From positions 99,572,001-99,636,000 of the forward strand of contig NC_135804.1 in assembly GCF_964213995.1 (NCBI RefSeq): 64,000 nucleotides of DNA. The letters run 5' to 3'. How positions within the stretch are numbered: the first letter of the stretch is position 1; every line of letters starts with the position of its first letter. Origin of the DNA: Mustelus asterias. Lineage: Eukaryota. The notes beneath the pieces were generated by a model. It was not told the origin of the DNA and made no database searches. It saw nothing but the letters and a program-made list of their open reading frames with translations. Positions 11,263 through 24,997 of this stretch are shown here, in pieces. The translations under genes and the position numbers were made by a program.

Positions 11263-12420
11263 TAATCAGTTACTAAATTCTCATGCATATTAGTTAGCTG
11301 AACTATGGCTCTTGAAAATTTGGTTCATCACAAATTGTAGTCACAATATAATTTCCTATTTTACTGTATGAATACTAAAGAAAACAAATATCACACTGGG
11401 GCAGAGCAAGGAAGATCCTCGATACAACTACATGCTTAAACAGTGCAGAGAAACCAAATATACTTTCTTCTTCTTGCATTATTTTTGAGTCATTTAGCAG
11501 ATTGAAGATGATGTTTTGGTGTGCTTAAGGAAATAGTTGTCTGAGAGCATCTATACTTTCTTCCTGAGCTTATGGCCAGGGCTTGGGTTTAGTCTTATAC
11601 CTTCAAGCCCCTTTCTCTCTGGCACCCCTGCTGCTTCAGGTCAATAACTCAGTCCTTCCAGCTCAAATGAGAAGGACTATTGACAGCAGCTGCTATTAGT
11701 CTGCAAAGGATTCTCTCCATAACTTACAAGCAAGGGTAATTCAGCTGCAAGTGCTAGTAATTAACCGCACTGGTCAATGAAGTTTCTTAGCCATGTGCCT
11801 GTTTCTTCGGTGAGATCACTGGCTAAAATCCAGACTTCACCATACCAAAAACCCGAATATAACCACCCTTTTCATTGCATAGGGAGTCAGTGGCGGGATT
11901 TTCCGGCTGCACTCACCCTAAGTCAGAAAATCCCATCCACGGTCAACGGACCTTTGTGTGATCCATGTCTCGCCCACTACGGTTCCTGTGGAGAGCGGGG
12001 TGGGAAAATTCCACCCACAAGCATGTGAATGCACCTAGAAACCACCAGTGGACTTGTATTTCACAGGTTGTTCAATGCCCAGATACCAGCAGTCAAAAAT
12101 ATTATCCGTGGTTAAAAGTCCTTCTCTTTATCAGGGAGGCACGGCCATTAAAAATAATGATTTCTGTTTAAACGTATGGTCAAAAAAACTAGATGAAACA
12201 ATGGGAGAAAATTTGATAATTATTTATCTACCTTAATGTCACATTCCTCTACATCGTATTCTGACAACTGTAATGCACTGCATGTTTTACCACTCTATAC
12301 TTTGAAGTCCCAAGGTGCCAGAGTTTGGATTACCATTCAGTAATTCACATGATGGACATTTTAAGTTAGTGGCACAGCACAGCCGAATCTACTCCAATAT
12401 TGTGGCTTCAGAATCTGTAA

Positions 12421-12468
12421 GATCACAGATTTGAACCTGGAAGATCACAGATTTGAACCTGGAAGATC
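12421..12468. repeat. 22-bp tandem duplication
   Basis: (gatcacagatttgaacctggaa)x2. Confidence 0.9.
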
Positions 12469-13129
12469 CATTCACCTTTTAATCCAGTACTCTGGATTGA
12501 AATGGATACTTGGGGCTAGATTTTCCTGTCTCAATGCAGGGCTGAAATATGTTGAGTGGAGCTTAAAAATAGGAGGTGTTGCCCGAATCTGGGATTCCCA
12601 CCCTCATTTCTGGTGCCAGCAGCTTTCATCGGTGTGGAAAATAGGGCAGATTGGGAATATGCATGTTGCTGCCCTGTTGTTGCCAGCAGCATTACAGAAG
12701 TGAGAATTTCTAAACTTCCACAATTTTGATGGAAGTGGGCGGGTTCTCGTAGATGAAGGGTAAATGACCATTAAACTGGCAAGCAGTCAAGGGAAAGAAT
12801 AACATTGAAAAAGTGGAAAAGTCTGGACAAAGTGCTATTCTGCATTGCAGAGTTTTTTTTAAGGCTAGTCCAGTTTGAAATCTGATTGTGTGACATGACC
12901 TCCATTTTATTCAATTTTCCTTGATGTTCGGACGTTTCAAAGCTTTGATAGAAGTTTGAGTTTCTAACTATCTCAAAGGCTCTAATGGATTCTGTTTAAA
13001 AGGGTTTCTTTACCTAGCTGTCAGGGGAATGTGAGCTTGTTTATTTTGATAGATTCATGAGCATTTCAAAGACTTCTAAGTTTTATTACAGAACTCGAGA
13101 GGTCTGTTTCAAGTGGCTGCTGGATGAAT

Positions 13130-13442
13130 GGGTTGGAATGTTGATGGGATTAAGAGTTTTGAAGAATGGTGAGGGAAGTTGAAGAGAGTGTGGGGGATGA
13201 GGGAAGTATGTGGGGTTAAGTGGGTTTGAAGGAAGCAGGAAGGGAGGTTGAAGGGTGTGGTAAGTGGGTTCAATGCAGACTGAAGCAACAGGAAAGTTTG
13301 AAGGGAGTAAAGTGTTTTGAATGGGTTAAGTGGGGTTTAAATGAGTTAAGTGGGGTTTGAACATGATTAAGTGGGTTTGAAGAGTGTTAAGGAGGTTGAG
13401 GAATGGGGTAATTTGGGGAAGGTGGAGGACTGTGGGTTAGGA
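13130..13442 (+). repeat. Degenerate G-rich minisatellite (TTAAGTGGG-type units)
   Basis: Repeated ttaagtggg(g)ttt units, probably inside a larger MITE-like element of about 12510-13700. Confidence 0.6.
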
Positions 13443-13784
13443 AAGCTTCGCACTGATCTGCAAAACTAGGCTGATAGCTCTGTGAACAGAGGTGGGCCTT
13501 TTAATCGGACCACCTTGGCATTGGCCTCCATCTCAGCCTCAGGCCAGCTGCCAAACTGCCCACCTTCGCTGCATAAAAATCCTGTCTGCTGAGACTCCCA
13601 GGTAGGAAGCAGGACGATGACATCTGGAAATTTCATCACTCCTGATTCTTGCCCCAACCATCTGGCCGTTGGTGTCTAAGTGGGTGAGGAATTTTGGCCT
13701 GTCCTGTTGATTAGTCAGAGCTTGAACACAAGCTCTAGACTTTCACTTTAGTCAGGCACTGAGGAAATACTGCTTTTTGGAGAC

Positions 13785-13985
13785 TGTCAGTGCAGAGTTT
13801 GCATGTACTCCGTGTTTGTGTGGGTTTCCTCTGGGTACTCCAGTTTCCTCCGACAGTGCAAAGATGTGCGGATTAGGTTGATTGGCCATGCTAAGTTACC
13901 TCTAAGTGTCAGGGGGACTAGCAGGGTAAATACGTGGGGCTACGGGGATAGGACCTGGGTGGGATTGTTGCCAGTGCAGACTTGA
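13785..13985 (+). mobile_element. V-SINE fragment
   Basis: V-core tgtgggtttcctctgggtactccagtttcctcc...aggttgattggccatgctaa. Confidence 0.75.
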
Positions 13986-16817
13986 GACTAAGTACGATAG
14001 ATCTTGACTTTATGTGATAGTGTAAAGTGGCTGATTATACGTAGACAGTCCATTTTAAACCCTAGCCGATTTTATTTCCATTGAAGTCAATGGAAATAAA
14101 AAGTAGAAGATATTAAATGGGCTGCTGACTTGCCCTCACTCTCCTATCATGTGGTCAAGATCTGCTTATATATGTTTAACCAATATAGAGGAGCAATTGC
14201 AAAACTAAAAAGATGTTGAACTATATAGCCAACACAGCAAAATGTAAGTCAGATGGTTAAGTGTTCATCTTGAATAATTCATCCAGTTTTGGTTGCAATG
14301 GAAGAACAGGTACATTCAAACCCTGGAGACACTACAACCATAAGGAATAATTGAATAGAAGGGGCTGGAAATTTTATTGGAGCTGCCTCTGCTTCACTTC
14401 CAAACACGAGGTTAAAAAGTCATTTAAAGCACTTTCCCATAGAAGTGGAACAAGAACAGCTGTTTTCGGTTGGATTTCAAAAGGAGGTGTCTAATTGGTA
14501 ACTTTATGGAAGTATATGGTATTGTTAAGGACTTGGAAAAAGTTCATCTCAAATGGGAGTAAGTCTGCTAACCAACTTCGATCTGGCTCTGCTTGGAGTG
14601 TGATAAGCTTGAAAACAATGCAAATGGCATTAGATTGCTGAAACCCAAAAAGATAACCCCCTCTAACCTAGCATTGAAGGAATCCGAGGCAGCAATTGCA
14701 GCTGCTGGAAGCTACAACTGCCCTTAGTTACTCTGTTGGAAGACCTCTGTGCAGATTATTCCGCATCTGTCACATCTTTTGGTGCTGGCTGCTTGCATCT
14801 ACATACAATCACTACGGTCCCTCAAATGCAGGTGGTGGAAACATCTTCCTGAACCGACATCTGTCCTAAAATGTGTTTCATTGTCCCCAGTGCTTGAACA
14901 TAATTTTGATGCTCAGCAAGTACCCTTCTTTTAAATAACAGGCTCTTACAATATGGCTCCTAAGACTGCTTATCAAAGGACACTGCATTTGCCATTGAAG
15001 GTGGCAGGACAAGTTGAGAGAACGGCTAATATGACATTCAGTACCCTAAGGTTTTGTTATGTCCAAAGCTTATTGTTCAGAGGGTGAAGTCATTAATAAT
15101 AGTTGGGGTTGCTTTCTTTGGAGAGGACATGTAGCTCGTGTCTTTCCTCATGAATACATGCAAGAAATAATAATTTGGAATACTTATTATTTTACACTCA
15201 TTCTCCACATCAAGCCCATTTGTTTCTTTTAAGGCTGTTCTCTGACTGCCTTCTTAATGTGGCATTGAAAGATTATTTTACTGTTATGCTTAGTTTCCCT
15301 AAATGGCAATATTTCCATAGGCGGTGGATCACTTCGATGAAACATATGGGAGCTTTATTTATGGAAATGGACATCCTGAAAATTAATTCCTGGAACTTGG
15401 GTATGCAGAATATCAATTTATAATCATGCCCAGGCATGTGAAATGAGCACCCAGGATTGCCTGGTAGATAGAAGTTCATGGAAAGGATAATGTGTTAAAT
15501 ATCTTTGATCCACTTCCCATTCTTCATTCATTATTTTTTTTCCTACATTTAGATTCCAAGGAGGCTTTGTTCAGGTTTTTCTAAAATTTTATTTCTGCTC
15601 CTTCTATCTGATTTGTTTGAAATGGGGAGGAGAGCAATGTAGGGATTGGAAGCGAGTCAGATTACTCAAGTAGTGCTCCTTTCACAATTGTCAGTACCCA
15701 TTGCAAATTTCCATGACTGTATGTTGAGGAAGAATGAATCTGAAGCTAGCCTGTACCTTAAAACAGGTGTATACCCAAGACAGAAAAGTTACAGACTCTC
15801 CCAGTTCTTCCTCATATGTGTTCCAGCTATCCCCATTTATATGTGTGCCAATATCCATCACCATTTAACAATATAATTGTCATGAAAATATTACAATGTA
15901 ATTGCCATTTAACAAATTGATTGGACCGTTGGAGTTTGACAATGTAATTAATAAGACATTGACAAATTCCCCCCTTTATTTTAAAATCTAAACTAAAAAA
16001 CATTTTTTCAAATTAAGCAAAAAGGAAACAAAATCAAATATTTTCCATCTTCTATGTTTTAAACTATATTATAACAAGCCATTAACAGATCCCACACTTC
16101 CCCTTTATGTAAACATTTTTTCTCTTGACCTTAGGTAAATAATTACAAAGCAAAAGAAAATATCTGATTTCCATATCATCATTATAACATAGTACATCTA
16201 ATAATTTATTTGAACAGTCATTTTCTTTGGTAACACAGTCCAATAATTGACGATTTGCATCGTATCTTGACCCATCGCATCTTAGAAATCTCTCTTCTCT
16301 CTCTAATGTTTATTTTATGTTAGCAAGATCTATTCTTAACCTTTTTTCAGTAACAACTTTCATTGAATGAACATTGTCCCAAAGAAACCAATTATCAACA
16401 TAGCTTTCTATAGGCCAACCTTTCTCAGATTGCTCCTTGTATAGTATATCCATCAGTATATACCCATTTCTGTTGCTTGGGGACTGATTCTTTGGGCATT
16501 GGGCAGTGCCAAGGAGGTGGGGCAATCGGTGGGGGGTCCTGCTGCCACTCTGCCAGAGAATTGCTGGAAGAGGAAGGGAAGGGGATGAACAGGGCTGCTG
16601 GGGATGGGCATCAGGGCATGCCCAGAGAAGCCAGTGATCGGGGGTGTGAGGAGGGATCAGAGAGGCAGCGATACGAGGTCACGTGGCTGGTCAGCCATCG
16701 GGAGGCTGGCAGTGAGAGGCTACTGCATATGCACCGATCACCGCTATGACAGATCAGCACATGCGCAGTGGCCCACCTCAGCACTGTGCTGTCAGAATTC
16801 TCCAGTGGGAATAGCGA

Positions 16818-16854
16818 CCCCCCCCCCCCCCCCCCCCCCCCACCCCCCCCCCCC
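16818..16854. repeat. Poly-C tract at the end of a GC-rich MITE-like insert (~16477-16855)
   Basis: About 36 C with one interrupting A. Confidence 0.9.
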
Positions 16855-19800
16855 AAAATAGTGTTTCAGCAGCTAAGATGCTTTTCACTACCCTTTTTAT
16901 TTTCTCCTCTCCCCAAGCCAATGGGCAAAATTTATCATTCCTTCCCACCATGAATATGATAAACCCTGCTGTGCTAGATATCCAACTGGCAGGCTGGTAT
17001 GTGAAGCATCACTAAAAATGACCAACCTCATATCTTCTTGATCAACCCAAGGTTGGAAAGTTAAATGTGCATGTCTCCGAATTTAATTTCTGTAATGTTT
17101 TATTTGCTCTCAGAACTTCTTCAGCTGTAGCTTATTTCATCATGGTACTCAGTTCCAATGCCTCATAACTAGCATCAGGTCTAGCCTGAGTGGTCAACTG
17201 TCCAATTAAATGGCTTAATTGGCCCGTTTCTTCTTTGGATGCAGGATCGAGGATTTGGCTTGATTTATAGGGATGCGCTTAAAATTTCTGGATATTATTG
17301 TAGATTCAAGGTCACTCCTGACTTATTCTGCTTAATGTCAAATCCTCTATATTTAAATACTCCTACAACCCGATTTCTAACCTTGGATTCCTTTTTTTTG
17401 ATCATCCACTGCTCAAATTCTACAGAACCTCCCCACCAAAAATCATTAACATGGATGATAAAGCTGCCTGCTACTTTCTTCCTGTGATATCAAAAGAACA
17501 TTGCAGATTCTGCCTTTAGCTAGGATCAGCCTGTTTTGAATAGGACTGACCTCACCCTGAAATACCATACCCTTCACACGTTGAGCAACCCATAAACACG
17601 CTTGTTCAATTCCCACAGCTTCCCTTCTAAATGCCCAGCGTTTTTTTGGCGGTTTCAAAAACACAGTTCCCTTTGAAATTTCTCACCCTGCAATAAAATG
17701 CAGCTTTCATATCAATCACTTCACACTGAGGAATATGCTTCTAAAGGGGCTAAGAAAGTCTTCAAACTCACTTTTCGTGCACCCTGACACCTTTATCAAG
17801 TCTTTATTCAAAACACTCAGCTATTAGTTTAGTTTAGCCTTATATATGCTTTCAGGAAGCACCTTTTCTGTACATATCCACATGTGTACATTAGTGCAGA
17901 CACCAAATTCTTTCCAACTCTTTTTGTCTGGCAACCTTTATCAATTTGCCTTCCAATTTGTCAGCAGCTACTAAAACCTCCTGATCACAAGCGCTCCTAT
18001 TCCAAGTGGTATTCTTAACTTGTCCTGCAGTCCTTGTTCTTGTCAAACTATGACCTTTACTTGCCCTCATCTCTCTTTCTGTTCTCCTGCTGCATGATCT
18101 CTTTCACATGCAATCATAAGTCTGTGATCTTTTCTTAGGGTCGTGACCACTTTCAGAACTCTCACTACATTTCCTGGCCTTCCACATCTTCACTTCATTT
18201 TACCATTACATGGGTCTTGCCTCTTGTCCTTTATCCTGCTTATCCAACCAGTGTTTGGATTAGTCAGTGGCTTATCCTGCTCTCCCCATTATGGTGGAAT
18301 GCCTCCACATATTTGCCCCTACTGGCAAAAATATTACTCTCATTCCTACTTTGGGTAGTTGTGCTTTTGTTACTTTGTTCCTATTCAGTTATCCCTCTAT
18401 CTGCTGTATCCTGCTCCTCATAACTGTCCAACATATGCTCGTGATTTACTGGAAAGAAAATGGCAAGGATGAGCTTTTAAGTTTTATACTTGTGGCTTTG
18501 AATTCATTTAGGGCTGAACTGAGCAAGTAAATCGTTGACCCGCTCTCCTTCTCCTGGCTTTACCTGAAATATAATGGTTGGCAGTATTCAGCTAAAAATC
18601 TTCAGCTCAGTGGAACTGAGTCTGTCTTTGGAAACCAAAGAGACCGAGATAAGAGAGATTGGTCCGGCTATATACTTCTCCATGCTACAACTTTTTTGGA
18701 CATCTGCTGGGCCCATTTCACATGAGAAAGCTCCAGGTTGATAGTGTCAAAACCCTGCAAAATTTATCCTTTATTTTATAAAGCTAACCTCCAAAGCCCA
18801 TCGCTGCAGAGACCCTGTTTGTATATAGGCACATGCACGTGCTGGGGTATTTATATAAAGGAGATAGATAGTTATAGCTATGATTTTCAAATTCTGACAT
18901 GTGGCAAAATTCCTAATTTCACAAATTCCCTTCCATAATTACATTGGTGTTCCTAATCCAAATACACCTCCCCCCCATTTCTTCATTACATTATTGACAA
19001 TGGTCTGTTCGTCCTTACCATGTATTACTGTAACTAGGCTAAATTTGGTTGTCATATCTGCAATATGTCGCAAAATAAAACCATGATCCTTGTCCCATAG
19101 TTGTGAGCCCATAGCCACTACATCATTAAATTCCCTGGCCAGTAGCAGACTCACAACAGGACATTGTAGTGTCCTTTGATAATTAACAAATGTCATATTG
19201 AGCCATGAGTTACCCAACAAGGTTGTTACATTTTTTTTTTTAATCAACCACTTCAGCATCCCACAGTGGAGCTTTCAGTTTTTGTGGTGCTGAATGTGCA
19301 AATTGTCTATTAAACTTCCAGATTTTTTTTTTGTCCACTGAGCATTTATCCCCAGAAGTTAGCAAGACTGCTTAAACTCTGATGCAAAATATCTGCCTTC
19401 CTTATCGGCAGGCAGTAATAGCCTGACCAAGTAAAATGTAGATCTACAGTTTTCCTGCATACAATCACTCTAATTCTCCATGTCTAGCTTCATCTGTGCT
19501 TTTAAAAAAAAAAAATCAAAGATCTGATTTCCAATAGAGATATCTCACTAGAGACCACATCAGTATTGGATGAAGACACTGATCCCAGCTACTTTGCAAG
19601 GGATAACTAGTTTTTTGGGAGCTGTTAGCATGTTATCATCCTCAAACCCGAAGCAAGTAGAGCTTCCACACCTCTTAACCTCGCCAATCTGCCTTGCACG
19701 CTCCTTACTCTCACTGTTCTGTCTCAATGAGGAATTTCAGGTAGAGGTTAACCCAATCCACCCCACACTCTGTAAAAGTGAAAATGCTATCTATCTAAAA

Positions 19801-20529
19801 CTGGGCAGTTGAATGGATCAGCCATCAAAGTATTCAAGCTTCCAGTGACCAACACCATTCCTTCATGGCAGTCACCATCATCACTTTTACTCTTGAAATT
19901 CTGTTTCATGCTTTATTTCAAAAGCATTTTTTCTTTTGCAGGCAATTCTTGTGTAATATTTCAAAACATCAATAACACCAATTAACTATTCCCCATGCAG
20001 GGTCAAACACCTACAGTCACTGTGCCAGACCTGATTTTTGATCTCAGCTCTCAAATTGGTTGAAAGCACAAATCATCTTCAGGCTGCCTCATCAATAACC
20101 CTATCTTTTTGTGCTGGAATCTGTGTTTAATATTTTGTCCATCTCTGAATTTGGTCCACCGTGGAACCCTCCACCCTTTGCTTTGCTGCAGAGTTGTCTG
20201 TATTTATAGCAAAGTAGTTGGAAATCACTATTTTCCAAAAAGGCTGCTGCTCTAAAAAACCATTTGGTTTTATGGAGAGACTTTGCCATGAAATCTGTTG
20301 ATGAGGAGTGTGTGCAAAATCAAGTCATTTGAAAGCCAATACAGACTGAGATTTCAAGGTTCAAGTTTTTCAAACATCAAAGTCCTCCATGAACTGATTA
20401 TCTGTTTTCTTACATCAATCAAAAGCTGAGTGAGTATACCTCATAGGCTTCCTTAAATTAGATTTATTTCAGAGATAGCAAAGTCACAAACTCTTCCAGT
20501 TCTTCCTTACCTCAGTGTTTCAGCTGTCC

Positions 20530-21005
20530 CCATTTATGCTCTTTTGATTAAACAAATAAGAAAAGTAGACAAATTAACAAAAGATCAAATCATAGGGGCA
20601 CTATCCCCATTTATATTGTTGAGCTAAACAAACTAATTAGAACCAAATTAAACATGTTCCCGTTCATACTATTTTGGGTTGAACCAATTAAACAAACTAA
20701 GAGATAACTAAAAAGAACAGCTCCTTAAAGGGATACTGCATAAAGCAAAAACAAATGGCAAAGGAAACTTAAAACATCAAATCAAAATGTGATTGAAGGG
20801 TTAGTAAAACACCCCAGTCCACCCAGCAAGCATGGAAGACTGCCAGCAGACACTCTCTCTCCAGGGACACTCAGTTGCAAATATAGCTATGGAAGTGGGG
20901 CAGACAGTCATGCTCAATGATCACCTCAATCTTCTATTGCCTGGATCTGTTTATCGCAAGTTTAGCCTGGCCCAGGTGCCGATTCACAAGGAGGTCCACC
21001 TCCTT
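20530..21005 (-). mobile_element. Tx1/L1-like LINE 3' fragment truncating the Copia 5' LTR
   Basis: Minus strand resembles a Tx1 C-terminus (DLLVNR..GQAKLAINRSR...DCLP..VSLE), degraded. Confidence 0.5.
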
Positions 21006-22527
21006 CCACATCCCTCTTCTCATCCGGTGTGTCCTCATTTACAGCTGTACCAATACTCATCACTTGTTTAACAATGTAAGTGCTTTAACAATGTAATTGC
21101 CATTAAACCTGTGCAATGTAATTGCCATTTAACAAAGTGATTGTCAGTGGACTCTAACAATGTAATTAAAAAGACATTGACACTCATACATTTGTATCTT
21201 CAGTTGGAGATGAACATACAAACAGAAAGTGCTGGAAATACCAGCAGGCATCGAAGCAGCTGTGGAGAGAGGAAAAAAAACCAGAGCTAATTTTTCAGAT
21301 CGACAACTTTTGTTTAGAACTGAAAGATGTTGCAGATTTAACAGGCATTAAGCAGGAACATGCATAGTTAGAGTTCAAGAAGGGAGAGGAAAGGACAAAA
21401 TAAAGTTTTGTGACAGGGTGGAAAGCAGCAGTGATTGAATTATTATCACTGACCTACCCTCCAAAAAAAATAAGAGCAGTGATTGTTATCTGAAAACATT
21501 GAATTTGATGTTGAGTCTGGAGGGTTGAAAAGCACTAATCAAAAGATGAGGTGCTGTCTCTTGAGCTTCTGATGCGCTTCTTTTTGACGGGGAAGGGTGC
21601 CAATGATGGCAACGTCAGCATGAGAGCGGAATGCAGAATGAGAATGGCAAGCAAGAGATGGACATGTTTCACTTTGGCAGGCAGTTAGGGAGCAGAGGCT
21701 GTCATATCCAAGGGAAGCTGGGACAACAGGCACAATAGTATGATTAAGATAGGTCAATGTTAGCTAATTGAATTGTTGATGTTCCTCTGAAATAGTCCAA
21801 TTACTTGTCATATTTTCACTGGCACTGCATAGAAAAATCCATGCCCAGAGTGATTAATGGCCAAAGTTTCCTGATTGGCGGTTTCATCATTGCTAATAGA
21901 AGTCCTGGTATATCTTTGGGAACTGTCTTTATGCTTTTCAGGTCTTTGAAGAGCCACATGCAGATCAGTGCTACCTGTTGCAAAGGTAACAGAAAGTACC
22001 ATGCAGCATAAGGTGACAGTATGGTCATTTACAGCTTGAAGTTTGACTCCATCATTCCATAATGCATGCAGTGATGCAGCAGGAAGACATGTTTGCAACC
22101 ATTCATTAGCTCTGTCCTTTAAATTTCAATGATATATAATTTTCCACTTCCACCACATGTTAAATCTGCATCTGTTGCTTTGCATAATGTTGGTAATATG
22201 TTGACCTTGAAAAGTTGGGTCAAAAAAAGTCACATTTCTGTGCAAGGGAGAGCAAACTTATCTTTAATCATTCAGATGCAAACTGCATCCATAATCAGAA
22301 AATCAATATTGATATTTCTGTTACAAATTCCAGCATAATTTTGACATTTGAGCTGAAAGTAATTACATTATAATATTAGCCTCATCATGTGATATCAAAT
22401 TTTAGAAACACCTTAATAAATCATTACGTTCTAATTATAAATTAGTTTAAATACTGTGGCCCTGAAGTTGCAGGTGCCCATTACATTGGCGTTGCAAAGT
22501 GTAGCACCTTGTTCACTGTTCCCCAGT

Positions 22528-22590
22528 CTGGACAGCCCATCCCAGATCCTGGACAGCCCATCCCAGATCCTGGGCATCCCAGATCCTGGG
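22528..22590. repeat. 21-bp tandem repeat, about 3 copies
   Basis: (ctggacagcccatcccagatc)x2 plus a partial copy. Confidence 0.85.
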
Positions 22591-22644
22591 CATGGGCTTC
22601 AGTTAAATATCTGGGTCAGCCTGGCCCAATTAGTCCAATACCAG

Positions 22645-24997
22645 TGTCTTGTGCTTAAACAAAGGAGACTACAAAGGGATGAGGGAGGAGTTGGCTAAGG
22701 TAGACTGGGAGCAAAAACTTTATGGTGGGACAATTGAGGAACAGTGGAGGACTTTCAAAGTGATCTTTCACAGTGCTCAGCAAAAGCATGTACCAGTGAT
22801 AAGGAAGGACTGTAGTAAAAGAGATATGATGTGGAGATGCCGGCGTTGGACTGGGGTAAACACAGTAAGAAGTTTAACAACGCCAGGTTAAAGTCCAACA
22901 GGTTTATTTGGTAGCAAATGTTTTGCTACCAAATAAACCTGTTGGACTTTAACCTGGTGTTGTTAAACTTCTTACTGTAAAAGAGATAATCAGCCATGGA
23001 TATCTAAGGAAATAAAGGAGGGTATCAAATTGAAAGAAAATGCATACAAAGTGGCAAAGATTAGTGGGAAACTAGAGGATTGGGAAATCGTTAAAGGTCA
23101 GCAGAAAGCCACAAAAAAAGCTATAAAGAAACGTAAGATGGATTATGAGAGTAAACTAGCTCAAAATATAAAAACAGATAGCAAAAGTTTCGACAAATAT
23201 ATAAAACGAAAAAGAGTGGCTAAAGTAAACATTGGTCCTTTGGAGGATGAGAAGGGGGATGTAATAACTGGAAATGAGAAAATGGCTGAGGCATTGAATA
23301 AGTATTTTGTGTTGGTCTTCACAGTGGAAGACACAAATAACAGGCCAAAAATTGATGACAGGAAGGCTATGGCAGGGAGAACCTAGAAACTATCATTATC
23401 ACGAAAGAGGTAGTGTTGGGCAAGTTAATGGGGCTAAAGGTAGACAAGTCTCCTGGCCCTGATGGAATGCATCCCAGGGTACTAAAAGAGATGGCAGGAG
23501 AAATAGCAAATGCGCCAGTGGTAATTTACCGAAATTCGCTTGACTCTGGGGTGGTTCCCGCAGAATGGAAAACAGCAAATGTGACACCACTGTTTTAAAA
23601 AGGAGGTAGACAAAAGGCGGGTAACTATAGGCCGGTTCGCTTAACTTCTGTAGTAGAGAAAATGCTTGAATCTATCATCAAGGAAGAAATATATAATGTT
23701 GAATATAAATTGTCCCATTGGTAAGACGCAGCATGGATTCATGAAGGGAAGGTCATGTTTGACTAATTTGGTGAAATTCTTTGAGAACATTACATGTGCA
23801 GTGGACAATGGGGAACCTGTGGATATGGTGTATCTGGATTTCCAGAAGGCATTTGACAAGGTGCCGCACCAAAGGCTGCTCCATAAGATAAAGGTGCACG
23901 GTGTTACGGGTAACGTATTAGCATGGATAGAGGATTGGTTAACTAATGGGTATTTTTCTGGTTGGCATCAGTGACTAGTGGTGTGCCTCAGGGATCAGTG
24001 TTGGGACCGCAATGTTTTACGATTTACATAGATGATTTGGAGTTGGGGACCAAATGTAGTGTGTCAAAATTCGCAGATGACACTAAGATGAGTGGCAGAG
24101 CAAAGTGTGCAGAGGATGCTGAAAGTCTGCAAAGGGATATAGATAGTCTAATTGAGTGGGAAAGGGTCTGGCAGATGGAGTATAATGTTGGTAAATGTGA
24201 GGTCATCCATTTTGGTAGGAATAACAGCAAAATGGACTATTATTTAAATGGTAAAAAATTGCAGCATGCTGCTGTGCAGAGGGACCTGGGTGTCCTTGTG
24301 CAGGAATCTCAAGGAGTTGGTTTGCAGGTGCAGGAGGTAATTAAGAAGGCAAATGGAATTTTGTCCTTTATTGCTAGAGGGATGGAGTTTAAAAACAGCG
24401 AGGTTATGTTGCAGCTGTATAAGGTGCAGGTGAGGCCACACCTGGAGTACTGTGTACAATTTTGGTCTCCTTACTTGAGAAAGGATATACTGGCACTGGA
24501 GGGGGTGCAGAGGAGATTCATTAGATTGATTCTGGAGTTGAGAGGGTTGGCTTATGAGGAGAGACTGAGTAGACTGGGGCTATACTCATTGGAATTCAGA
24601 AGAATGAGGGGAGAGCTTACTGAAACATATAAGATTATGAAGGGAATAGATAAGATAGAAGCAGGGAAGTTGTTTCCACTGGCAGGTGAAACTAGAACTA
24701 GGGGGCATAGCCTCAAAATAAGGGGAAGCAGATTTAGGACTGAGTTTAGGAGGAACTTCTTCACACAAAGGATTGTGAATCTGTGGAATTCCCTGCCCAG
24801 TGAAGCAGTTGAGGCTACCTCATTGAATGTTTTTAAGGCAAGGATGGATAAATGTTTGAACAGTAAAGGAATTAAGGGTTATGGTGAACGGGTGGGTAAG
24901 TGGAGCTGAGTCCACGAAAAGATCAGCCATGATCTTATTGAATGGCGGAGCGGGCTCGAGGGGCCCGATGCCTACTCCTGCTCCTAGTTCTTATGTT
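22645..24997 (+). mobile_element. 5'-truncated CR1 LINE, frameshifted ORF2
   Basis: KSPGPDG, QHGF, DFQKAFD, GVPQGSVLGP, FADD spread over several frames; CR1 3'UTR ending gttcttatgtt. Confidence 0.92.
22826..22977. mobile_element. Minimal fold-back Penelope derivative (56-bp hairpin plus 38-nt tail) inserted into CR1
   Basis: Arms 22863-22918 and 22922-22977 with a single mismatch and 3-nt loop; TSD gtaaaagagata at 22815-22826 and 22977-22988. Confidence 0.9.

Larger units (their letters stand above)
15722..21182 (-). mobile_element. Decayed Ty1/Copia LTR retrotransposon, GalEa-like
   Basis: Direct repeats 15722-15964 and ~21010-21182 (both end ...aagacattgaca). Minus-strand PPT AAAGGGGGGAATT adjoins 15964. 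Integrase remnant (18939-19259) precedes RT (IDMKAAF, FIIHVND; ~17430-17730), which precedes RNase H (WDNVHSMKVVTEKRLRIDLANIK, QLLDCVTK; ~16225-16420): Copia domain order. Confidence 0.78.

Noticed and set aside
13130-13442. Possible interstitial telomeric repeat
   Set aside because: Units are TTAAGTGGG-like and irregular, not (TTAGGG)n.
22863-22977. CRISPR-like or prokaryotic terminator structure
   Set aside because: Vertebrate context; a single palindrome derived from the PLE end with a TSD, and no repeat-spacer array.
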